Below are positions 18,187 through 26,409 of a DNA stretch of 42,738 nucleotides, piece after piece. The notes under the pieces are model-generated. The model did not search any database and was not told the DNA's origin. It worked only from the letters and a program-made list of their open reading frames with translations. This stretch comes from an uncultured Bacillota bacterium (lineage in GTDB: Bacteria; Bacillota; Clostridia; Christensenellales; UBA1242). Both the position numbers and the translations under genes were made by a program. Each line of letters begins with the position of its first letter. Position 1 is the first letter of the stretch. Location of the stretch: NCBI GenBank assembly GCA_949298925.1, contig CASFYE010000052.1:1-42738 (forward strand). The letters run 5' to 3'.

Positions 18187-18969
18187 TTGTTATCTTATCC
18201 GCAAGTAAAAAAAATTTTGAAAGATGAAGAAGACAGAGTGTTAAGGTCTAAAATTCTAAGTTTTACAAAGGACAATAGTTCTTTGTTTGCTTTATTGTGT
18301 TCAATAAGGATGTATTTTGATCCAAACAGTTCAAGATTTGAAAGAAAAGGTTTTTTGAAAAACATACAAAACAACAATTTGGTGGAAAGTTTTAATATCT
18401 TGCGACCAGGGTTTTTAAAGAGAATTAATACTTTTTTTCAGAAAGTCGGCAACAGATCCATCAATGCGACAAATAGAGCTTCTCTTGAAATAACGGTTGA
18501 CGGAGTCTCGGGTAAAATAACTCCATTCAACATCGCTGTTGAAAAAGAATACGAGGGGAATAATAATTGTTACTCAAATGTTGTTATGCTTGCCATTCGT
18601 CGCTATGTTGAAGGCATAAAAATAAATGGTATTTGTGGAATTTTACGGTCACCTGAATACTTACGAACCGACACAGAAGATGTTATTCATTGCGTAGTTG
18701 AGAAAGATGACATGATTAACGATATGCTTAGGCATTGTGCTTTTTCAAAAGATCTATATGAAAAATTATTTTGTTTTGAAACACTTACAAATTTTTCTAA
18801 CGAAAAGATTTTTAATCAAATAATGTTTGTGCGTTCTAAGGCTCCAGAATGTATAGGAGGAGAGGGTGTTGCCCCGTACTACTTTTTGGCAAATGATGAT
18901 TTTATGGATAATGTTAAGAAAAGGCTTGATGAAAAAGTTTCTAATGCAGACGAGATAGCAAGACAATAA
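18187..18969 (+). CDS. Hypothetical protein
   Basis: 260 aa ORF with TTG start and upstream promoter; ends DEIARQ. Confidence 0.7.
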   Translation: MLSYPQVKKILKDEEDRVLRSKILSFTKDNSSLFALLCSIRMYFDPNSSRFERKGFLKNIQNNNLVESFNILRPGFLKRINTFFQKVGNRSINATNRASLEITVDGVSGKITPFNIAVEKEYEGNNNCYSNVVMLAIRRYVEGIKINGICGILRSPEYLRTDTEDVIHCVVEKDDMINDMLRHCAFSKDLYEKLFCFETLTNFSNEKIFNQIMFVRSKAPECIGGEGVAPYYFLANDDFMDNVKKRLDEKVSNADEIARQ

Positions 18970-19163
18970 AAATATAATTTTATTGAGCTATGAAAACAAA
19001 AAAATTTGATTATGAAATTTGTTGTGCGGTTTAGAATAATGACGATAAAACTTATGGCGTGTTTGGTAAATGTTTAATTAATATAAACTATGACAGCAAA
19101 AGTATGAAAAAGTGTTGACTTGTTTGAAATTGTGTGTTAACCTAAAAATATAAGGAGGCACAA

Positions 19164-19334
19164 ATGATTAACGAAGTAAAAGCAAACCCAGAAAGCAACA
19201 CTGATGATATGATCATATTTGATGGGATCGTCTTGGATGATCCCGACGATGAAAAAGAATTGTCAAAACAGGACGAAATGAAACTAGAAAGGCTTTTTTA
19301 TAAAATAAAAAAAGAAAAAACATTGACTAGATAA
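19164..19334 (+). CDS. Small acidic hypothetical protein, 56 aa; absent from the ORF track
   Basis: AAGGAGG RBS; MINEVKANPESNTDDMIIFDGIVLDDPDDEKELSKQDEMKLERLFYKIKKEKTLTR*; terminator AAAAGTAGCG-aa-CGCTACTTTT follows. Confidence 0.75.
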   Translation: MINEVKANPESNTDDMIIFDGIVLDDPDDEKELSKQDEMKLERLFYKIKKEKTLTR

Positions 19335-19476
19335 AAGTTTAAAAGTAGCGAACGCTACTTTTTTATTTCATGGACAAAAACCGTAAAAATACTCAAATAT
19401 TAGACAAAATTTTTTGAAATATATGTGCTAAAATATTGTTGTTGTTTTGCTTTAAATTATAGATATTGGAGAGATT

Positions 19477-19938
19477 ATGATAAAAAGTGAAAGTTTAAAT
19501 GAAAAATTTTGTTATAATGCTGTTTTTGACAAAATATCGCAAGTGACAAAGGCTTATTTAGGAATTTTTCAAGAGTTTGATGCGTCAAATAAGGAAGTTG
19601 TTTTTACTGGCGCAATGTTTCGTCAATTATACAATTCAAACAAAACAGGCCAAGGCAACGGTGGGCACAATAATGCACATGATGATTTTAAAAATAGGAT
19701 GATAAAAGCCTTAACGAATGTCTGTGATGAAAATGAAATCAATGAATTGAGCGTGGAGAACAATATGTTTTCAGATAAATATAGAAGGCTATACGGCAGG
19801 CTGTCAAATCATTTTGCATTAAGCAGTTCGCAAAGTCCTAGTAGCGCCTATGAAATAAGCGTGCATAATGACAAAATTTGGGAAAAATGGTTTTCATTGT
19901 TAAAAACATTATGTGAAGACAAAGTGATATCAAGATAA
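19477..19938 (+). CDS. Hypothetical protein
   Basis: 153 aa, GGAG RBS, terminator-like TGCC-gtt-GGCA(T)n after the stop; ends DKVISR. Confidence 0.72.
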   Translation: MIKSESLNEKFCYNAVFDKISQVTKAYLGIFQEFDASNKEVVFTGAMFRQLYNSNKTGQGNGGHNNAHDDFKNRMIKALTNVCDENEINELSVENNMFSDKYRRLYGRLSNHFALSSSQSPSSAYEISVHNDKIWEKWFSLLKTLCEDKVISR

Positions 19939-20054
19939 TTAAAGTGCCGTTGGCATTTTTTTAATTTTATAAATTGTTATACAATTAACCATATCAATTT
20001 TGTTTGAATAAAAGCATAAATATGCTATCATATTTTTGTAATAAAGGAGAAGAT

Positions 20055-21089
20055 ATGGGGATTTTAAAAAATATTGAATGGAAAGATAACAGCACCAATC
20101 TTATTATTTGGAAGTATCCAATAAACAAAGACCATGTCAACAGAGGTTCTGCATTGACTGTTAGAGAGGGGCAAGTCGCTATCTTTGTTGACAAAGGGAG
20201 ACTCGCAGATGTGTTTTTGCCAGGTTTCTATAAATTGGACACCAACAATTTGCCTGTGCTTACAAAATTGCTGTCATGGAAATATGGCTTTGAAACACCT
20301 TTTAAGTCGGATATTTATTTTGTAAACACAAAACAATTTACCAATCAAAAATGGGGGACTGTTAATCCTATTATTGTGAGAGATAAGGATTATGGCGCAG
20401 TTAGAATTAGAGGCTTTGGCAATTATTCTTTCAAAGTCGATGATGCTTACATTTTTATGAAAAATTTGAGTGGGACAAACGCAAGTTTTAACACCGATCA
20501 AATTAGCGATTATTTAAGAAGTATGGTGGTCAGTGGCATTTCTGATGCAATTGGCGAAAGTAAAATACCTGTTTTAGATATGGCTGGGAATTTGCAAGAG
20601 CTTTCAAAAATTGTTGAGCAGAAGATGGGGTTAAATTTTAAAAATATTGGCTTAAAGTTGACGAGTTTTGTTTTTGAAAACTTTTCACTGCCTGAGGAAC
20701 TTGAAAAAGCGCTTGATAAAAATACTACTTTGGGAATGCTTAGAGGCAACATGGATGTTTACACTCAAATGGAAACATTGGCCGTTATGAAGGAAGCTGC
20801 AAAAAATCCTGGATCTGCTGGAGGAACTTTGGGAGCAGGAATGGGCTTAGGTATGGGCATGGGCATGGGCAATATTTTTGCGAGCAACATGCAACAAATG
20901 GCTGAAAATCAATCTAAAAAATCCAAACAACCTTCAAAAACATGCCCACATTGTGATGCCGAACTTCATGGCAATCCTAAATTTTGTCCAGAGTGTGGCA
21001 AAAGTTTAAAAGCGGTTTGCCCAGATTGCGGGACAGAAGTAAGGGCGAACGCAAAGTTTTGCCCAGAATGTGGGAGAAAACTTAAATGA
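20055..21089 (+). CDS. SPFH/band-7-like protein with C-terminal double zinc ribbon (YdjI-like)
   Basis: GSALTVREGQVAIFV, TNNLPVLTKL, KWGT.NP, GAGMGLGMG, and KFCPECG repeated twice; RBS before ATG 20055. Confidence 0.9.
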   Translation: MGILKNIEWKDNSTNLIIWKYPINKDHVNRGSALTVREGQVAIFVDKGRLADVFLPGFYKLDTNNLPVLTKLLSWKYGFETPFKSDIYFVNTKQFTNQKWGTVNPIIVRDKDYGAVRIRGFGNYSFKVDDAYIFMKNLSGTNASFNTDQISDYLRSMVVSGISDAIGESKIPVLDMAGNLQELSKIVEQKMGLNFKNIGLKLTSFVFENFSLPEELEKALDKNTTLGMLRGNMDVYTQMETLAVMKEAAKNPGSAGGTLGAGMGLGMGMGMGNIFASNMQQMAENQSKKSKQPSKTCPHCDAELHGNPKFCPECGKSLKAVCPDCGTEVRANAKFCPECGRKLK

Positions 21090-22174
21090 CAAATAAATCC
21101 ACAGATGAATTATTGTATGGTGATGAAAAACTTGACACTTCTGTATGCAAATGTCCTAATTGTGGTGGAGAAAGTGAATTTTCTGCAGTTGACCAGAAAA
21201 TGAAGTGCCTGTATTGTGGGAGTTTGTTTGATGTCGAAAGCCTTGGGACGATAGAGGAGCGGGATTTGGATGAGCTTTTGTCCAAGGGTCAAGTTTGGAA
21301 GAACGCATATGTTTATCAATGCAAAAGCTGTGGAGCAAAAGAAGTCGTTGAAAATCAAGAATTTTCGATGGAGTGCCCATTTTGTGGCACAAGTAATATA
21401 ATAAAGATAAATCAGTTGCCAGGCTTAAAACCTCAGGGTGTAGCGCCTTTCAAAATAGGGAAAGAAGAATCGGTAAAAATAGCATTAAATTGGGCGAGAA
21501 AAAAGGTTTTTGCGCCAAATTCATTTAAAAAAGGTGCCAAAGCCCAAAATATTCACGGAGTGTATAATCCGATATTCACATTTGATGCTAAAACCAAAAA
21601 CGAATATTACGGTCGTTTAGGAAAAAATGTTGTTTCATATAGATTTGTTAACGGCAGACGTACTGCCCAAACGACCACAAGGTATTTTGACATCAGAGGA
21701 CAAAAAAATGTGAATTTTGATGACATTTTGGTGCAAGCTTCTACCAATCTGCCTGAAAAATACGTAAAAAAAATTGAGCCTTTTCCTACAAATAATGCTC
21801 CTAAATATAAGTCGGAATATTTAAGAGGTTATGTTGCTTCTACATATGATAAAGATGGGAAAGAATGTTGGGAAGAATGTAAAACGCAAATTAAAAAGCG
21901 TGTTGAAGCTGTGATCTTAAAAAGTTATTCATATGATGTAAAACAGTTTTTAAACGTAAAGACGAAATTTGAAAATAAAAAATATAAGTTCGTTTTAGTG
22001 CCCATTTATGTTGGTCATTACAAATACAAAAACAAATTATACAATTTCTATATTAATGGTGATAATGGAAAGATTGCAGGTAAAACTCCAATTTCAGCAT
22101 GGAAAGTGCTGTTTGTGGTTTTTGGGGTATTATTGTTTATAGGTGCTATTGCGACAATAATTGCTCTTTCATGA
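21086..22174 (+). CDS. Zinc-ribbon protein with C-terminal TM (YdjG-like partner of the SPFH protein)
   Basis: CPNCGG, CLYCG, CKSCGA, CPFCG; INGDNGKIAGKTP followed by a TM helix; overlaps the upstream stop. Confidence 0.85.
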   Translation: MTNKSTDELLYGDEKLDTSVCKCPNCGGESEFSAVDQKMKCLYCGSLFDVESLGTIEERDLDELLSKGQVWKNAYVYQCKSCGAKEVVENQEFSMECPFCGTSNIIKINQLPGLKPQGVAPFKIGKEESVKIALNWARKKVFAPNSFKKGAKAQNIHGVYNPIFTFDAKTKNEYYGRLGKNVVSYRFVNGRRTAQTTTRYFDIRGQKNVNFDDILVQASTNLPEKYVKKIEPFPTNNAPKYKSEYLRGYVASTYDKDGKECWEECKTQIKKRVEAVILKSYSYDVKQFLNVKTKFENKKYKFVLVPIYVGHYKYKNKLYNFYINGDNGKIAGKTPISAWKVLFVVFGVLLFIGAIATIIALS

Positions 22175-22326
22175 CGTTATGGTAAATTATGTTAAAGAAA
22201 CAAATATGATTATGGCAAATTAATGTTGACATTTTAATGTTAATCTTTGTAAAGTGTCATTTGTAGTTAATAATTTGTTTTATATTGTTTGTAAATATGA
22301 TATCATATCATTAAGGAGGATTTGAA

Positions 22327-22767
22327 ATGGGAAGAAATTTTGTTTACAAAGTTTTAGGTGCTTTGATAATTGTTTTGGCTTCTGTCTTGTGGATATTGTC
22401 ACTCACTGTTACAGATGCCTTTGGATTTTTTAACTTGGCATGGGCAGGTGTTCTGCTGTGTGGTGGTATAGGTTTATTATTTTTAATAAACGGTGTTTTG
22501 CAAAAAAACATAACAACAGTTAAAAAACTAAAAATTTGGTTCGGTGCTGGGTTATTGATTTGTGCGGTTTTGTGTTTGGTCTCTGCGATCGCTTTGCCTC
22601 ACAGTTTGGTTTTACCTATTATTTCAATAGTTGTTGCTTTCGCGTTTTTGATCACCATTTTAGCGACCGGTGGCAAAAAATGGGATGAAGGCGACAATCA
22701 TAAGTTAGGATACAAAAACTACCACGAAAGAAAAGCTGAAGAAGAAAAAAAAGAAGAAAGCGAATAA
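22327..22767 (+). CDS. Hypothetical membrane protein (about 4 TM)
   Basis: AAGGAGG RBS, hydrophobic helices, charged tail. Confidence 0.8.
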   Translation: MGRNFVYKVLGALIIVLASVLWILSLTVTDAFGFFNLAWAGVLLCGGIGLLFLINGVLQKNITTVKKLKIWFGAGLLICAVLCLVSAIALPHSLVLPIISIVVAFAFLITILATGGKKWDEGDNHKLGYKNYHERKAEEEKKEESE

Positions 22768-22770
22768 AGC

Positions 22771-23274
22771 ATGAAAAGTAAAAATGAAGTAAGTGTTGAA
22801 AAAGACTTAAAAACAAGATTAATTGTTTCGTTTGTTGTGACGATTATGCTTGTTTTTGGAATTCCTTTAATAATAGTTGGAGCAACCCAATCTATTTGGG
22901 CCATTTTAGGAATAGGCATAGCTTTTACGGTTATAGGTTTTTATGGTGCGCCAATATCATGGACGACTTATGCAAATTTTAAAACATTAAAGAGAATTGT
23001 GGACTGTGTTAATGAGGAAAATTTATTGACAACTGAAGAGATATCAAAACAGCTTCAAATAGATGAGAAGTCGGTTAAACAACAATTAACCCTTGCTATT
23101 AAAAAAAAGTATATTACCGGATTTTTGTTTGATGGATCAACATTGACAGCAAACAACAAAGAAACGTCAAAAAAACGAGTTTTGGAAAACAAATGCCCAA
23201 ATTGTGGCGCGGTTATGGATTTTAATGAAACGACGTGGCATTGCTCATATTGTAATTCCAAATTTGAAAAATAG
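22771..23274 (+). CDS. Membrane protein with winged-helix-like segment and C-terminal zinc ribbon
   Basis: 2 TM, EEISKQLQIDEKSV, CPNCGA...CSYC. Confidence 0.8.
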   Translation: MKSKNEVSVEKDLKTRLIVSFVVTIMLVFGIPLIIVGATQSIWAILGIGIAFTVIGFYGAPISWTTYANFKTLKRIVDCVNEENLLTTEEISKQLQIDEKSVKQQLTLAIKKKYITGFLFDGSTLTANNKETSKKRVLENKCPNCGAVMDFNETTWHCSYCNSKFEK

Positions 23275-23319
23275 TATTGACATTTGATTAATTTTTTGTT
23301 ACCATTAAGCGAGGAGGGA

Positions 23320-24192
23320 ATGATGAAAAAATTTTTGATTGCAATTTTAATAATAATCTTAATTGCGGGGGCTGGCGTTGGTGGATTCTTTATTGGTAAA
23401 AATGTAAAAGGAGACGACTCAGTCTCAGCGGTTACAAAAGAAAATGTAATTGAAGTTTTGGACAATTTTAGTTACAGTGCAGGCTGGATTGAAAAAAATG
23501 AGACTGTCGCAAAGGCTACATCAAACACACAAGAATATACTGCTGAAGAAGTAGATTACAAGGGTCAAGAAGATTTTATTAAAACTATGATATTTGTTAC
23601 AAAATATGCTTTATTAAATGAAGAAGTTAAAGAGAAAGAATTTTATTTTTCAAGTGCGACATATGAAGTTAATGGCCTAAGATATTCTGGCAATATGGGA
23701 TTATACTATGAATTTGGAGAAAATTCTGCGTTTATAAACGTGTATGATTTTGACAACAAAGCACATGTCGTTTTAATCGTTGACATCCAACCTATTCAAG
23801 ATCAAAAGTATGTTTTAAACATTTTGCAAGACGCAGATATGCGTGGACAAGATGGTTTTGCTTTACAACAATTATACATGGATCAATATGCAAATCAAAT
23901 TTATCAATACAGTAGATTAAACGTTCAAACGACAAGGAAAAATTTAAGTGGAATTACAATTGAAGATGTTGACAATATAGAGCTCTATGGTTGTGACATA
24001 ACAACACACGAGCAAATTGATATTTCAAAAGAACAAATTGCTACCGAGCAAACTTATACTTTTGAGGCATTGATGAATGTTTATAAAGAGCAGGCTTCAA
24101 GATATTCAGGCGTAAACTTTATAAATAGAGATTACAAACAAATAGATGCTTTAGAAAAGGCATATTCAAATATTGGCTATCAAGTTGTATAA
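23320..24192 (+). CDS. Secreted or membrane-anchored hypothetical protein
   Basis: MMKKFLIAILIIILIAGAGVGGFF signal/anchor; GAGGAGG RBS before ATG 23320. Confidence 0.8.
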   Translation: MMKKFLIAILIIILIAGAGVGGFFIGKNVKGDDSVSAVTKENVIEVLDNFSYSAGWIEKNETVAKATSNTQEYTAEEVDYKGQEDFIKTMIFVTKYALLNEEVKEKEFYFSSATYEVNGLRYSGNMGLYYEFGENSAFINVYDFDNKAHVVLIVDIQPIQDQKYVLNILQDADMRGQDGFALQQLYMDQYANQIYQYSRLNVQTTRKNLSGITIEDVDNIELYGCDITTHEQIDISKEQIATEQTYTFEALMNVYKEQASRYSGVNFINRDYKQIDALEKAYSNIGYQVV

Positions 24193-24238
24193 CTTTACGA
24201 ACAAAACAAGTTGTTTGGCAACTAGTAACACAAACAAC

Positions 24239-24267
24239 AAAGCACCATTCTAAAATGGTGCTTTTTA
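24239..24267 (+). terminator. Intrinsic terminator
   Basis: AAAGCACCATT ctaa AATGGTGCTTTTT. Confidence 0.8.
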
Positions 24268-24542
24268 TTTGTTTAAAAAAATAATAAATACGATTAAGTA
24301 TAGTTATTAAATAAAATTTTGTATTAAAAACAAATGATATTAAAACAAGTTAATAATTATAATATTTAAGTGAAACCATATAATGAATTTAAAATGTTTT
24401 CAATATTGCATTTATTAAGATTATACTTTCTTTATTTTATAATTTTTAAATAAAATTTTAAGTATTTATATTTCATTAAAAAACCTTTGTATTATTAATA
24501 AGATAATGTCATAAATCTCGAAAATTTAAAAAATAAAATTTA

Positions 24543-25879
24543 TTAAACTGGTTCATTATAGCCAAATAAAATTGGCTTTTTGTTTAAAATTTTAAAATGA
24601 TCTTTTTTTAAAAAATTCTTATTTATCCATGCTTGGAAAACACACTTTTCAAAAAAATTGTTGTTCATTACATAATAACCATTGGTTCTTTGATCTTCTC
24701 CAGCGCTATCTTCTACTTTCCACCTTATTACTTTTCCTTCTTCAATTTGACAGCCTTTAAATGTCATCCAATGTTTTAGAGTTATATCAAAACTTTCTAA
24801 TGCATGGGTTTTATCCATATCTTTAATACCAAAAAGTTTTTCATAGCTAAAAAGTCTTGTGTCAAGAACAGTGCTTTCCTGATTTCTATATTTTTTATTT
24901 TCACAAGCAAAGCAAACGGGAATATTGCTTTTTAATTGTAAAACAATTAGTTCAACAAAATCTTTTTGAGGAAGATTTATAAACTCGACAAAACTTTTCC
25001 CTTCAATATTTCCTGAATAAGCTTTTCTAAATTTTGAATAGTATGGGAAGGTTTTCATAGGAACATTGCCAATCAAAATAAAGTCGTCTAGGTTTATAGA
25101 AGAATATTTATTATAAAATTCTTGTGGAGTAATTTGTTTAATGACCTTTGACTTACCATACTGGTCTTTATAGGAGTAGTTAAAAACAATAGGCGGAGTT
25201 CCTAAGACTTTACATAATATTGTATAATTTTCATTAAGCATTTTGTTTTTTAACATATATAAATCTTTTTTGTTTTTTTAGCTTGAATTAATAAAAACAA
25301 ATCCCTTTTTACCTTTTGCGAATATAGCTTAATAAATTCTGATGAGTTTGATGAGTTATAAGTTTCTGGCATTATTTCTTCTGGGACAATACCATATTTT
25401 TTAATAAGTTCCCTGGCATACTCTATCCTTCCAGATTCTCGAACAGGATCTTGCAAAAATTCCGCTAAAAATCTATTTTTAGACTTATTAACCAATCCGT
25501 TTTTGTAAAAATTGTAATTACTGTCAATAATTACTTGGTATGCATGGTTTGATTTTTCTAACTTATCATAAAAAGTTAAATAGTTAGAGGATATTTGAAA
25601 ATGTAAGGGATCACAATTCATGTTATGAGCTATATCATTTTTAATCAAATTTAAGCATGAAAATAGCCAGCAACGAAGAGATGATTTTTGAGAATAAATT
25701 TTGCAGTTTTCTAATTCCAAATTAAATTCAAATTTATTTCCTTTTATAATTCTATTATTTAATGAAAAGTCCTCTAATGAAACTTTTTTTAATTTATCGG
25801 CTATATTAAAATTTTGGTTTTTTAAATAGTTTTCTTGAAATTCTTTCAAATTTTGTAATGAAATTGATGCATTTTTCAT
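24543..25879 (-). pseudogene. pepC: Aminopeptidase C / bleomycin hydrolase (C1B) gene split by a -1 frameshift into ORFs 25250-25879 and 24543-25256
   Basis: N-half SQKSSLRCWLFSCLN, YLTFYDKLEKSN, KYGIVP..MPET; C-half LGTPP..F, KHWM, WKVEDSAG, GYYVM. Frames join at AAAAAAACAAAAAAG. Confidence 0.8.
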
Positions 25880-25956
25880 AAAAAATTATTCCTTACATGG
25901 TATTCAAACATCTTGCTATTTAGTTTTTTTGGCTTAATCTACTTTTTTATTATAAT

Positions 25957-26031
25957 TGGTGCTCCCGTCAGGATTCGAACCCGAACTAATGGTTCCGAAG
26001 ACCATTGTGCTATCCATTACACCACGAGAGC
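25957..26031 (-). tRNA. tRNA-Arg (TCG)
   Basis: GCTCTCGTGGTGTAATGGATAGCACAATGGT-CTTCGGA-ACCATTAGTTCGGGTTCGAATCCTGACGGGAGCACCA; cloverleaf with A20 and encoded CCA. Confidence 0.95.
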
Positions 26032-26191
26032 ATATAAAATTTGAATTAACGATGAGATTAATTTTTAGGGAGCGAGGAACCATTAGTGGGGTCCCCAAAA
26101 AAAGATGTTTTTTTTGGGATAGCGCAGACTTTGTGCTTGAGTTCTCTGATTTGCGATAGCAAATCGAGTTGTAAGCACAAATAGTCGAGCA

Positions 26192-26235
26192 GGTTCCGAA
26201 GACCATTGTGCTATCCATGTTCGCTACGAGAGCAT
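26192..26235 (-). repeat. Direct partial copy of the tRNA-Arg 5' half
   Basis: 26192-26218 is identical to 25991-26017; 26226-26235 is identical to 26024-26033. Confidence 0.9.
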
Positions 26236-26409
26236 GGAGTCGTGCGTCATCAATAACCAAGTGAAATTATATAACAAAATTAAAATTATTTCAACTGTTT
26301 TTATCATTCATATCCAGTTGTTTAATATTAAAACATTTTTTTTAAAACTTATAGAAATGCTTTTATAATCATGGTTTTTGTGTTAAAATATTAAAAAATG
26401 GGGGATATA

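Noticed and set aside
18990-19118. Short interrupted ORF (MKTKKFDYEICCAV*NND...)
   Set aside because: Too short, has an internal stop and no recognisable homology; TAG is used as a normal stop elsewhere (queH).
25957-26031. Arginine codon reassignment suggested by low GC and tRNA-Arg(TCG)
   Set aside because: AGG, CGG and CGA occur at conserved Arg positions (glmS HTRW, ArsR TRLK, recD2 FRVRAG and FREGDK), and the tRNA retains A20.
25934-26260. ORFs overlapping tRNAs and their repeats (25934-26260, 25956-26159, 16592-16831, 34526-34717, 34720-34917, 34757-34990)
   Set aside because: Incidental open frames across tRNA or repeat sequence, with no convincing RBS or domain.
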